Origin: Trypanosoma brucei
Lineage: Eukaryota
NCBI GenBank assembly: GCA_000002445.1
Contig: CH464492.1
Location: 160,001-224,000 of the forward strand
Direction of reading: 5' to 3'
Length of the DNA stretch: 64,000 nucleotides
The notes beneath the pieces are model-generated. The model had not been told where the DNA came from and searched no databases. It worked only from the letters and a program-made list of their open reading frames with translations. Below, piece by piece: positions 52,178 to 64,000 of this stretch (the stretch's first letter is position 1; every line of letters starts with the position of its first letter). The position numbers were made by a program, and so were the translations under genes.

Positions 52178-55100
52178 TTTTTTTATTTTTCATTAATCTG
52201 TACGCACTTCAATTGATCTACATAAACGTTCATGGTGAATACTTTCTACAGCTATACGTTTCTTACCCTCACCATTCGCCACTTTTTTCTTCCTGTGGGA
52301 CATGGATAACCAAGCATTGTTGAGGAAGCGCCCTTTGAATATTGACTTACATCATTTGAGGAAAATCTTACTGGTTGTCATCCAAATGTGTCGCATGTAG
52401 TCAGTGGATATTTAGCATGAAAGTGACCTTCCTCTCTTTATACATTTTGGGGTTATAAGTTTCTTCGTGTCTATAGCGGGAACCGGAATTGCCGTTGGCA
52501 AGAAGACTGCCCTTGGGAAGTTGGTAAGCTTAACACCAAAGTATATATCTTCCCCTTTCGGACTGTCTACTTCATGCTCAGACCTAAGTTTACTCAAAGA
52601 CAGACACTGTAACAGGTGAATCGATGTTTCTTTTCATTTCTCTTTTAGCTCATTTCGCCTATCAGAGCCACGTGCTTGTCCATGTGCTTCTTGGAGGTGC
52701 ATTGTTAGATATTTCTTGTGCGCCTTAGTGCACGAGAGGAGCCAGTGGTGTGATTTCAAGGAGTCTTTCCTCACACTCCCTCTTTACAGTGATTGCATTT
52801 TGGTGGTGTGTGCTTGTATGCCATACTAGTGCACACCATGACATGTAGATGATCTCAAACCTGCTACATGCAAACTCTCTACGATGGTTTTCTGTGTGAC
52901 CTTGATTCCTCTGCTGTTTGTGTTTCGGATCCTCTCTCTGATCTCTCGTATTCTTCTCACCTTTTGGCGTGTCATGCTCAGTCTCTCTTCTTCTCTTTCT
53001 TGTCGTGAAGTTCAAATTTTAATTGTGTGTAACAAGTCTGAGTTGAGAAGTGCTCTATTTATTGAGCCAGGCTTCGACCCATTTTGGTAGTTGTATCTAG
53101 TTATTTAGCTGCTCTATGGTGGTTGTTCACATTCTCACTTTTCGTGCCATTTCTTTCTATGCTCACACACTTGAAGCGTGTTAGTTATGTCTTGCTTTTG
53201 AAACCCCTCTTGCATTTGCCGCAAACACAAAGTGGTGTTTCATCGTCATCCTTATTTTTGTTGTCGCAACTAGTGTCTTCCTTTGATTGTGACTTTGATA
53301 TCTCCTTCGTCGATTTGCTTATCTTTATCGGATATGGACTAAGTGAGATATCATGCCCATGGTGCTTTGTATTCATATGGCGGAACGTCCAGCTATGGTG
53401 GTATTCTTCACCGCATACCTTACATGCTCCTCTCTCCCGCAGTGCTTCCTGTAGTTGTGCGCTTGGTTCCTCTTTGCTCTGCTCCGGATTCCACTTATGT
53501 CTGGTGAGCTAGGTTTTGCTTTTGTACACCTGTTTGCAGAGGAGAGATTCTTATACTTGTTGTACTTGTTCTTGCTCATCTTCGCTGCTCACATCCTGCA
53601 TTTCCGTTTTTTCGTGTTTCATCGGTTTCTCTTTTCGGGATGTTTCAGTCGTATATGTGTGGTCAACAAGTCATACGTGGCATACTGCTTGGGGCAGCAT
53701 TAACACTTGCCGACAGTTTGTACCGAATGTTCTTCTTCTCGCTTCCTCTTTTGTCGCTCTGTCCTTACTACTGGAGTTTTCGGAGGCTGTTGTGGCAGTA
53801 GTTCCTTTCGGTCGAATACTTTACCACATACGTGGCATCGATAGATGCCATTATACGCCTGTGCTACTCCTGGCTCCCTCTTTAATGCAGCTAGTGTATT
53901 TTCACGAACCCACTGACGTACTTTCATTATGTAAAAAACTCCCGCTTGCTATCTTGCACACATGATATTTCATAATGGGCATATGATCTGTTCATTCTGT
54001 CTTGTAGCTAATGCCACCTCGCCTTCCTCATTGTCTTCCATCTTTACAATGTTTTTAGTGTGGCAAGGGGTATTGAGAATGTTCCCCGTATGGTTTGTAC
54101 ACCATCTATATTCCAGTTCGTCAATCTGCCGTGTGATCACCCTATGTAACTATTCACAATGTTTTTGAAGCCCCTGTTCCAAATCGAGCTAACAGTGACT
54201 CATCTTTTCTCTCAAGATCCTTTCTTTTTTGGGTGTCGGTTTTATATGGTTTAGTAAAGCGCTGCGGTGTGTGTTGGGGCACGGCCCTCCTAAAAGCCGC
54301 GTTGTGCTTGATTACGTAATTGGCGCATTATACCTGTGAAAATGTCGGTGATCCATTCAGGGTAAGTTTGCAGCACGTGGTTTTGCTTGCTTGCGAACTC
54401 GTCTACTTTGTCATTTCGCAGGATACCGCAATGCGAAAAAACAAACTGCAACTACATGACTAATCTGGGTTTCATGAAGTGTAGGATCAGATTCTATATG
54501 CGCAAGAATATGGAATCCGTCACTACCTCAGAACCTTTTTTTACTGCCATTAATAAGGATACCGAGCCTGTAAATATTGCCACTTCCGTTTTTATGCTCT
54601 CGTTGATCTTTATTACCGACTTGAATTTTATAAGTCCTGCATTCATGGCTACACGCTTGGCTCTGTATCTGCACGCTAATCTGCCTGCTCATTTCTTCAC
54701 TTTTACTGCATTACCTTGTCTGGATTATATTATCGCGCCGGAACCAGAGGATTCGTTTAGTATCACCGACCCTTCCATACACACTTGATAATCGTAGTCT
54801 TTGAATCTACGTACCCTTTGCATTGTGTGTCTTTTTTTCTCTGTCGGAAGCGTCAGAATGGAGACCACCTGGTGTTGTGGTGTTGAAGTACGGTCTCCTC
54901 ACCAGTTGCAATATACTTGCCATGTGTGGCTTCTCCGGTCTGTCTACTTCTTCATACAGGTGTTACACACTCTGCAGTCGCGTGTGTATCGGACGAATGG
55001 GTGGGAACATTTTCCCCACCATATCGGCTGATGCCCTACCGTTTGCCTGTGTGGTTAAATAGTATTCTATTTCTCGTCTCTGAGCAATATCATCTATTTT

Positions 55101-57853
55101 GTGAAGTTTGACCTCATTCATGACATCTTGCCGATTCAAGTGCTTTGAAATACCCGCCATAACATGTGCCGCCTGCGCTTGTACTCGTTCAAGTCTCTCC
55201 TTTTTTTGATAGAGAAGTATTGAACGACCACGAAGCGATACCATAGGATAACTTTGCCTGGATTAAGGTTAAGTAAAATGCTCGAACGCTTTCTTTACCT
55301 TCCCCACATTCGGGTGATGCAACAGCCCTTGGTTTCATTAATCTCACATTTGATGCTGCTTGTGGGGTGTGAGCATGTCTGCTTACTCAGCTCTTTGTTT
55401 GGCTGTATTGTCACCCCAAGTTGTCTGAAATTTCTCGTCTCATTTAATCTGTGTTCTCACAGCATTAGGTGTAATGTGTCTCTGTCTCTCACCCCAAATA
55501 ACGTATATTCCGGTTTTTCTTCAGACACCTCCATGCACAATCCTGCTGACCAGCTCGATATACAATCCATTCCTGTTTGCAGTGTCTGCCGAATAGCTTC
55601 CCAGTCAGTGTTAGAGCATACTATCATGATGTCGTCTCCGAAGAACCAGTCTTTAAGGGATGTTATGGCATTTAATTTCACGCTGGGGGAGTCCATTGCG
55701 ATAATGAATGGCAACGGCCCCAACCCTAACCCTAACACGGAACCTTATGGAACACCACACGTGAGTTGTATTTTCTTTGAAAGAGTGCCGTTTACTCGTT
55801 AAACTGCAGTCCGTCACTCCAAAAAAGTTTCAAACCCACGCAGTGTGTGCACGCTTACCTCATATCTTTTTAGTGCATCTATTATGCACCTGTGATCCAC
55901 AGAGTCTATTGCCCTGTCATAATCTATGAATACCGCTGCAGCTCTCTTCTGCTATTCTATACGTCATGTAGTCTGTGAGTGTCATCAAGGAGTCTAACGT
56001 AGAGCTCACCGGACGAAAACCAGCTTACTGTGGTTGTAGCTTACATTCTACTGTGTCTCGTATTACTCTCTCTACAAACCTCTCCTTGAGTTTACAGATG
56101 GTGCAAGTGAGTGTGATGGTTTGGAAAGATAACATACACTTGGCCGGTTTGTTGGGTTTGAGTAGTGATACAATAGCAACATGCTTCCACTTCTCCGGCA
56201 CCCGGTGTCTCTGTAGGCTACAGTTGAATTGCTTGAGGTCACATATTTCTTGCTGTAGCTTCCTAATTGCTTTAACTAACCGTTCACAATGTATATTGTC
56301 CTTACTGATGGAAGTGCCTGAAGACAGTTCCTTCAGTACTCTCTCAAGTTCTGCCATCGTTGTTGGTGCGAATACTCCGCTCATTCGATAAGGTATACTC
56401 ATGGAAGGAGCATCTGAAGTTTTCGTCAGCCGCTCTCTATACATCTGTGCTAGTTTATTAGTTTGCTCTCTGCGTGTTAGAGGGTGACTATTTACTACCA
56501 GAACAGAAGATATCAGTGGTCTCGGTGCATATCTGGGATTTACTAAATTCCAACATTTTGTATCGGTCACTGACATCTTCGAGACATTTTCCTTCTATTG
56601 TTGTATGGAAGTTTCAGCAAGAACCTTCCTTCTCTTGTATATAATTGCATCTCTATATGCTTCTCATTTGTACACTCCCTTATTTTTGCGTCACGTTATG
56701 TCAATTCTCGTGTGCAGAAGGGTGGCGATACACCCTTACCTTTATTTTTGATTTTCTTTGCTGCTGTGCGAATGCCTTTAGTCACTGCTTCAGTCATGGC
56801 ATCCACATTCTTTCCAGACTTCCTTAATTTTTTCAACATTTTCACTTCACACAATTTTCTAAACTCACGCCAATTTGCTTTATTCCAAGCATACAGTACC
56901 CTTCGTAGCTTTGAAATGGCAGTCGTTTCTACACCAATGCCAATGCACACCTCAAATATTATCCAGTAGTGCCCACTATCTGAACTGAGACTTGCTTCAC
57001 ATCTTGTGACCTCGCATTATCTGTACATCCTAACGTCTGGAAACGACATGGCTTCCGTGTGAGGAATTCTTGTTGGGGTGCCATCATTTGCAATCTTGAT
57101 ATCATTTTGTGGACACCAGTCTACAATGCATTCTCCCGCTGTATCATTTGAGTGAAGCGGGTCCCATGACTCGTGATGTGCGTTGTATAGGATCATATCA
57201 CCAGTGTTCTAGTTTAGCTCTTAAGGCTATCAAGCGTGGAGGTAGTGAAATCTTCCTTCTGTTGGAAGTAAACTGACTTTATAGTTAACATTGGATTAGT
57301 TGAACACATCAGTGTTGCCGAGACTCTTTTCGGCAGTTCCTCCTCCTTTGGACCTTGGAAGACTCCCGTGCTATCTTTGACAAAAATTGATACCCCAACA
57401 CCATGTGGAAAGCCTTCCATTCCCATGTGTTGTTATCCACTGATTTTTAATGCATAATATTATTCTGCTGCCAAGTGAGTCTCCTGCGATAGACAGAAGA
57501 CTACCATATTCTCGTGGAGCTTCTTCCATGAGACAATCCGTTTCACCTGAGAAAGACCCCCAGCATTCCACTGGGCTCCACAAATGATGGGACCGGGATT
57601 CTGTTCCACATTTCCGCTAAGTAGTATAAGCCTACGTATCCTAATCGAGGCGCGCTCGGACGTGCAGAGGAGCAGTCTCACATATTTCTTCACTCCAGAG
57701 TGCTGATGTTTCTTCTTGCTCCTTTTCTGGTTGTCAAAATCCTGTTGCCCTCCCAAATCCTGTCTGAAAAAGTATGATTCGGACACTTGGCTTCCTTCGG
57801 GATGGAGCAATAAATCCTGGAACCACGATGAGATGGCCGGCGTCACCAGGGAG
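52178..57853 (-). mobile_element. DIRE (degenerate ingi-related non-LTR retroelement), ~5.7 kb
   Basis: The 5' end on the - strand reads ccctggtgacgccggccatctcatcgtggttccaggatttattgctccatcccgaaggaagccaag (Pr77-like). ORF 57460-57846 has a 2A-like NVEQNPGP plus an endonuclease start CGAQWNAGGLSQVKR. ORF 56025-56576 aligns to the ingi RT N-terminus (RYAPRPLISSVLVVN vs VYAPRPLTTPAVLVDN). ORF 55457-55738 has the FGDDIMIV (FxDD) RT motif. C2H2 fingers at 53700-53927 and 53185-53376. A T-run at ~52178-52190 marks the poly(A) end; the 3' boundary is uncertain by about 200 bp. Confidence 0.75.
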
Positions 57854-57874
57854 ATTTAACATTTTCGTCAAAAG

Positions 57875-57890
57875 GTGTTAAAATATATCA
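57875..57890 (-). promoter_or_regulatory. VSG 3'UTR 16-mer (exact) of the minus-strand VSG
   Basis: The + strand reads gtgttaaaatatatca, the reverse complement of TGATATATTTTAACAC; it lies about 20 bp from the DIRE 5' end. Confidence 0.8.
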
Positions 57891-59353
57891 ATTTTAGTAA
57901 GTTTCATCAAATTCATAAAATTGAGAAAAAAGTCTCTGAATGCTACCAAACTCATAAAAGCAGCAGCAATCATAGCAAATTTCTGATTTACAATAGAACT
58001 GGAATCTTTGCACTCTTTTCAATCCCATTTCAAATCCGGAGATTTGCAATCTTTATCTAATTTCCCTTTGCATTTCTCTGTTGTTTTTTTCTGCAGCTCT
58101 CTCTGCTCCTTGGCTTTGCTTCTCTTCCGGATGTGCTTCGCATGTGCCTTCAGCTTCTGTCCCATCCCATTTGCAACCCTTATCTTCACAGTTCTTCTTT
58201 GGTTTGTGTTGCTTGCACTCCTCCTGCTTTTGTGCATTATTGCTGGTGTTTCTACATTCTGCTGCAGGTTTTTCTCCCTTTAAAGCTTGATCTATCAGTG
58301 TTATCTCCAGTTTTTTTAGTTCTGTCGTTATGGTCTCTGAGTCGTCTTCTACAAAGCTCTTAAGCTGCTTGCTTATGGTGTTTAGTTCCTCTGCCGTGAT
58401 GTCATATGTCCCTTCTTGGTCGGCGTCTCCCAAGTCTTTCTTTGGGTTTTTGGTCTCTGGTATGTTCGGCTCGTCGCCAGTTCCTAGTTTGTTTATGGCG
58501 GCAAGTTTGTCTAGGGCCCCGCCACGTAAGTTGTTTAATTTTTCTTGCGGGATATCGTTGTATTCCCTGATCGGGCTCCCCGTCGGTAAGCCGCCGTTTA
58601 TGTTTGCGAAAACAGACGTCGAAGTATCCGACGTATGGATGAACAGCAAGCCGCCCATTGCTGGTATCGGTCCCGCGGCCGCCGCACTGTGCCCGAAGCC
58701 GTCCGTATTGTCGGAGGACAGCAGCTTGCAGCTGTCGTTGGTTGCTCTGTGAGCGGTGGTTGTCCAGTCGGCTGCTTTGGGAATGTTGGCTTCTGCGTTT
58801 TGAGCCGTTTTAATGTCCTTTGTTCCTAGCGTTGTTCTCCAGGCTCCGTCGACGAAGCATTCTTCCAGGTGGTCTGCTGTGGCGAGTGTGTTGCCGTCGT
58901 CTTGTGTCACGCAGAACTGACCGTTTTTGCTGCCTTTTGTGGCGAAAAGCAATTCGCCAAATTCGTCTATTCTGTCTGCAGCTAGAGCCGCTGCACCAGC
59001 TTTTTTGCTTGCTCCTGGCACGTTGTCTTTGAGTTGATTGCTGTCTCTATTTGCCTGCGTGTGTGTGTAATTACAAATTTTTTTTTTGGATGGAGCGGCT
59101 TCGGAGACTTCAGAGTTGCTAGTGTTAACTGGGCTTGCGTCTTGGCAGCCGCTGATATGATGGTCATCGCGTCCGAGACAGCCTGCTCTACGTAATTGGT
59201 AGTGTCTTTTAGGCTATTCGATAACTTGCACACGAGATTGAGGCCCGACACTTTTATGCCCTTTTTGGCTGCATGCGACTCTTTGGGCATAAATAAGCAC
59301 ATTGCCAGGCTTATTGTGAGTCGGAAACCATTGAACATTGTTACTTGAGGCAA
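57878..59353 (-). pseudogene. VSG (- strand) with frameshifts and a read-through tail
   Basis: ORF 58053-59021 (...CKQHKPKKNCEDKGCKWDGTEAEGTCEAHPEE...) plus 58019-58237 (KCKGKLDKDCKSPDLKWD) in another frame; the tail ECKDSSSIVNQKFAMIAAAFMSLVAF reads through the 3'UTR and stops at the TAA inside the 16-mer (57875-57890); N-terminal part is ORF 58982-59353. Confidence 0.75.
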
Positions 59354-61084
59354 CTGCTGACTTGCTACCTTTTTTGTTATCTTGCAGCCTCAGTTTCTGT
59401 CTGTCTCGTGCAGGTTCAGCAGGTTGCTGTTGTGTTTCGCCAACGTTAGTGTGTTTTTGTTTTTCTGCTGCTTGTTGCGGCCGCGACGCAGCTGATCTTC
59501 CTTGTGTTGTGTGCAATTTTTTTCTGTTGTCGTATGATTGAAGTGTGATGGGATAAACCTAGGTTTATGGCTCCTTGGAGTTTGAGGTGCACTGTGAATT
59601 GACAGCTTTACAGTTGGCTGTTTTACAGTGTCGTCTGCACCAATGTGTTTTTCGGCATCACGTTGGGCTGACATAGGTGCAATATTTGAAGTTTGGATAC
59701 GTTGTTTCTTGTTGGTGGTGGTGGTTCACACCTACATACAGGCTTCCTTTTGTTTATAAATTTTTTTATATGAGATGTCGTTTCTGATTCTTCTATTTTT
59801 TGTTGAATGTACTAAATTGGCCATTTTGTCTCTGCATTACTTGCATCACAAAGATTTTGCTGCCATAACTCCGTCATGGGCATATCTGTAAGAATAAGCT
59901 CCGTGCTCAACTTTTTAGCGCCATTTTTCAGTGATCTGTAACATATAGTGCTGATAGTTACATCTCTGGTGTCTGCAGCGGCCTTTATTAAACTTTCTTA
60001 GTTACTACATCCGTTTATCTTTTTGCTTCATTACCCTCAAACATTATTTTTGTCTTTTTGTTTCCTTTCTTCCACTTATGGCTTATCTAGACCAGAGCTG
60101 ATGCTGAAACATGTTTCTTATATCTCTTTTTATACGCTTTTATTCCAAGTGAAATACAACCGCTTCTAGCAGACCTATTTATTCGACTATTATTGCTTTT
60201 CTTCTGTGGTCACAATAAAGAAAGCTGTGAAATAAAAAGCTTACAAGAAACAACTATTCTTTACTAGTTTCGGACTACTAGGAAGGATTTACGTGCATTA
60301 TTTCAGTTAGTCTGCTTCTAATCTACTGAATTAGCCATTTAACCACATTTTTACTAATTCTTATGACTTCACTTAAAGAAAAAACCAACGATTTCTTCCG
60401 TACAGTACCTTTGTGTATTTGCATTAGTTTAAGATCCACAAACATTCATCATTTCTACAGCGTCTCGTGATGCAATAACAGCTTTATTTCTATTTTTAAC
60501 TTTCTCTGTTGACATATTCTGCAGCTTGGTGTTATTCTTCCTAATTTTCTGCTGCCTTAAAAACTTTTCGCGAGGTTGGTGTCAACAATAATCTGTTCTC
60601 TTGCGCAGTTCTTCGACACTTTTGTTATTTCTGTTCCGAGACAAACTTTTTGATGATTGTGATGGTTTTTAGCATCTGAGTTGTATGCAGCATATCCCTT
60701 TATTTCTACCATAGTATCTTATCTGAAATTAATGTATTTTTCAAAGAGTTCTTAGAAGAATATTAGCCATGCCGTACTCAGTCGTTTTCCTCTTGCAGTT
60801 CATTTTTGTGTAGTTGTAGCGACTCTATTTTCTCTATATACAGGACCATGCCTTTTTCTAATTGACCATAATTTCTTCACCATGTGCACAAAAATGTCTA
60901 TAGCCATGTTTGTGTATGACACTGATCATAGTTCATCTTATTTTCCTCCCATATCATCCTTCCAATTCCTTTAATAATTTTCCTTTTTTATTTCATTCAC
61001 TAACTTACTTACCCCTATTGCACTCTTACCATTGTTTCAAGTGCCTATATATATTTTTTGAATCCGTAACTGTTGTGATTACAA

Positions 61085-61200
61085 TATTAGTACATACATA
61101 CTCACAACACTATTCTATACTAATAATAATTATTATTATTAGTATTGTTGTTACTATTCATATTTTAATCATCACTGATATTTATACAATAATAAATAAT
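61085..61200 (-). repeat. 70-bp repeat, minus-strand orientation
   Basis: The reverse complement of 61090-61150 reads ctaataataataattattattagtatagaatagtgttgtgagtatgtatgtactaatat. Confidence 0.75.
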
Positions 61201-61440
61201 GACCCAAATTACGGTAGAATTTTTTTACACTGTATCATCCTGTTTCTTAAATCCTATAAGTCACTTTCATAGTAAAAGTTCGCCCTTCTCAAATTATTAA
61301 AAAATTTTCTGTTTTGTACATTTTTATCAAAAACTGTTAAAATAAATAAATTTGTAGCAAATATTTTTAAAATATAACAAATTATCTCAAAGTGAAAAAT
61401 TTCATAATATTGAGCAAAACCCATTGAAATTTTAGAATAG

Positions 61441-63010
61441 TCAAAATGCTACAAATCTCATGAACTTAGGAGCCATAAGAGCCAATTTATTATTGAGTAA
61501 AATGCCGGAATAACGGCACATTTCTTTTTCTAGATTAGGCTCATCATCTTTACCCTTCCTCCATGCACAATTTTGTTTATCGCCTATTTTGTCATTTTCA
61601 CAAGCGGCCTTATTGGTTTGTGTTTTGCACATCCAGTTGCAGCTTCTGTCCCTGCTTCGTTTGTCTTCTCTTTTTTATCTTTAGGTTTGCATGTTCCTTC
61701 TGTTTCACCTGTTCCTTCCCATTTACACCCTGCCCCTGTGCATGTCGTGTTTGTCTTAGCGCTGCACGGAGCAGTTTTGACGTTTGATTTTGTTTTGCCG
61801 TTAATGATCGCGGTCTAACTTTCTTCTGAAGCGGTTGTTTCAGCTTCTGCTACTGCTGCTGCTGCGGCGTTAGAGAGTTGTTTAAGTTTGTCGTTGATGC
61901 TGTCCGCTACCGCTTTTGCTTCCTGTCTCTCGTTTAGTTGAGTTGCTAAGTCGTTTATGGAGGTTAGCCATGTTAGTTTCTTTATCGTTGTGTCGGGGTC
62001 TGCTAAATAGCCGGTAAATTTTACACAAACACCGTGGCCGCTCGAGGCATTGCAGCCACTTGCCTTTTAGGCTCCTAAATAACCGTGTGTGCCGTCAGTG
62101 TGGATTAGGCTTTTTAGTTTTTCTGTCGCTGCTATTAGGTTTCTGGGTGTTATTTCTTGTCCTTTTTTGCTGTGACAGCTTTTCGCTATTTTGGTTGTGT
62201 CTCCTGTGTTCGGAGATGATGTCGCGCTGTCCCAGCCTGTCGTTCCGTCCGCTTTGTCTGTGCAGAATCCTGTCTGTGCGGTGTAGCTCACTTTCGTTGA
62301 CTTCATGCACAGACAGACTAATGCCGTCACTGCACTTTTGACTTTCTTTGAGGCGGCCTCCCCGACACAGACGTTCTCTCTGGCATCTCTGTTGATGGCG
62401 CATCCGAACGCTTCGTCCTGTGTTACCGACGCTGGTGTCGCCGTTGAGACACCAAAGGCTGCTTCTTTGATTTTGTTTATTGCTATCGTTTCCGTTAGCT
62501 TCTCCGCTCCTGTAGATAGCTGCAGCAACCGCTTTTTGAGTTTCCACGCCTTTTCCGCTACTGATTTCAGTTTTGCGTGGGCTAGTTTTTTGGCTTTTCC
62601 GAATAATTTTAAAGCTGCTTCTTCTTTTAGCTTATTTTCTACCGTTGGCTTGCAAAGGCTTCTGCAGCTGCTTTCCAATCCGCCCAGTGCTCTGCAAAAT
62701 CCGAGATTTTTTTGTGGTAGTCCTGTGCATCAGCGTGCACTTTTGACTTTTTTCCATCCTTGTAGAAACTGTCTTGCCATTCACGCTCCGCTGTGGAGAA
62801 ATTTAAGGCCTTTATATAGTTGTAGGCTTCAGTGTCTATTACCGGCTTTTGTGCGACCTCTATTTTTCCCTGCGCCAGAGCTACGAAGGTACAGAGAGCT
62901 GTGTTTTTTTTTTTGTTTGCTCCTTCTGCTATGTTGCCACCCCTGGCGCCAGCACCGGTCCAGGTTACCAGTATTGCGAAACAATTTACTGTTCATCGAC
63001 ACTTTTCCAC
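61441..63010 (-). pseudogene. VSG (- strand), frameshifted at the N-terminal region and hinge; same subfamily as the VSGs at 8084 and 43888
   Basis: C-terminus MCKTQTNKAACENDKIGDKQNCAWRKGKDDE...SGILLNNKLALMAPKFMRFVAF* (61441-61632); middle ORF 62067-62678; N-domain (frame shifted at ~62670 and at the A10 run at 62901-62910) reads ...GGNIAEGANKKKNTALCTFVALAQGKIEVAQKPVIDTEAYNYIKALNFS...FAEHWADWKAAAEAF; no intact signal peptide. Confidence 0.75.
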
Positions 63011-63174
63011 TTCTTGTGTATCTTCTTGGTGAGGTTATCTGTGTTATAGTCGCCTCCTTAGTTTTATTATTATAAAGCCTTTGGGATGCAAAGTATTTAT
63101 TGTTTGTGAACAGGTACCAAGCTAGAAAGATGCGATGTAGTGCTTTAGTGTAGTATTCAGCATTGAAATTCGTG

Positions 63175-63903
63175 TTAACATGATGTTATTTCTCTGGTTT
63201 TAAATTTATTTCGTGCCGGCGCTTCATTTGTTTTTTGTGGGTTCCTCATTAGCCACTTGTAGTCATCTTCTGTAATATGGTGGAAAACAATAAGTTTAGG
63301 ATTGCCTTTTACAAATCGACTTAGTGGCCTTTCCACATGCGTTACATAATGACAATCTTGCATAACCACTGTCAGTAAACCTTCAAATTTCAATTTGTTC
63401 CTTATAAGTTCTCCAATCATTATATTCTCGTTCAGTACAGCATATTCAATATATTTGTCAAAGTTTCGAAAACTCACTCTGCTGAATAATAGTTTGTAAA
63501 TGGCCGAATATCCGACTATTTCTCCCACGATATATCTTGAAATTGTATTTGCATACCCAACAACATACCACGTTAGTTTTCCAATATACTCGTTAAGTTC
63601 ACCCAATGCCCTCCCCATATTTAATTTCTCTCGTGGAAGCACCTCCAGATATTTTAGATACAAAGGCACTCTCATAAATATATCATCATCTGCCCTCATT
63701 ACATAGGAAATAGTTGGTTTAAATATTTCAACTGCAAATTTGAACCACAAATATGTTTTTCTACTCATCGTGAGTTCCGCTTCCCATCCCCAATTACCCG
63801 GCTCTCCCACTTTCTTATTTGTTGTTGGATTCACATCACAAACAGGTAAAATAATAACATCTTGATTTGAATATCCTTTCTCTCCAACACTTTCTCTGAG
63901 TTA
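63175..63903 (-). pseudogene. beta-1,3-glycosyltransferase-like fragment (trypanosomatid UDP-Gal/UDP-GlcNAc-dependent GT family), C-terminal ~240 codons only
   Basis: Open frame from the TAA at ~63904 down to 63175 (the ORF-track start at 63834 is GTG); contains YVMRADDDIFMRVPLYLKYL (beta3GT DDD motif), a WYVVGYANTISRYIV block and NENIMIGELI (EDVYVG-like); no upstream ATG or signal-anchor within the window. Confidence 0.6.
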
Positions 63904-64000
63904 GCAATTGTTGTTTGTATGAGGTTAAAGGGCATATACTATAATCAACTTCCCACTAAAATTATTTGACTTCTTCGCAACTTCAGGATAACTCCAACAA

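Noticed and set aside
55715-55741. Telomere-like hexamers ccctaaccctaac inside the DIRE
   Set aside because: It is only about 2.5 units long. On the - strand it encodes LGLGLGP within the conserved RT motif region (cf. ingi TVLGPIMF). This is coincidental coding sequence, not an interstitial telomere tract.
5945-61200. Regularly spaced short repeats at 13 positions could superficially suggest a CRISPR array
   Set aside because: The spacing is 3.5-5.5 kb, not tens of bp. The repeat units are the trypanosome 70-bp repeat with (TAA/TGA)n tracts, each followed by a VSG gene. No cas-like ORFs are present. The organism is eukaryotic.

Overview
This window is eukaryotic, not prokaryotic. It reads as a silent subtelomeric variant surface glycoprotein (VSG) array of an African trypanosome (Trypanosoma brucei group). 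It holds 13 VSG genes or pseudogenes plus one ~190-bp VSG C-terminal stub next to the ingi. Each VSG has the C-terminal cysteine motifs (CKSPDCKW / C..DK..C type) and a hydrophobic GPI-signal tail. Each is preceded by one or two copies of the 70-bp repeat ((TAA/TGA)n + GTGTTGTGAGTGTGTATATACGAATATTATAATAAGAG) and followed by the conserved VSG 3'UTR 16-mer (TGATATATTTTAACAC or a near variant). Eleven VSG cassettes lie on the + strand (8.0-52.0 kb) and two on the - strand (57.9-63.0 kb). A degenerate ingi-related retroelement (DIRE, - strand, ~52.2-57.85 kb) sits exactly where the two sets converge. A second, near full-length but frameshifted ingi non-LTR retrotransposon (- strand, ~17.57-22.82 kb) has replaced the body of another VSG, leaving only a C-terminal stub. 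Only two VSGs look intact (28470-29975 and 35903-37429); the rest carry in-frame stop codons, which is the dominant lesion here, and/or frameshifts. Glycosyltransferase-like pseudogene fragments sit in the upstream co-transposed regions of one VSG subfamily: a GT8-like fragment present in two copies as part of a duplicated cassette, and a beta-1,3-GT (GT67-like) fragment at the 3' window edge. The first ~5.9 kb is compositionally different and unassigned. The supplied ORF track uses GTG/TTG alternative starts, so many short ORFs are artefacts and true ATG starts were re-derived from the sequence. I found no rRNA, tRNA, CRISPR or bacterial-type system.
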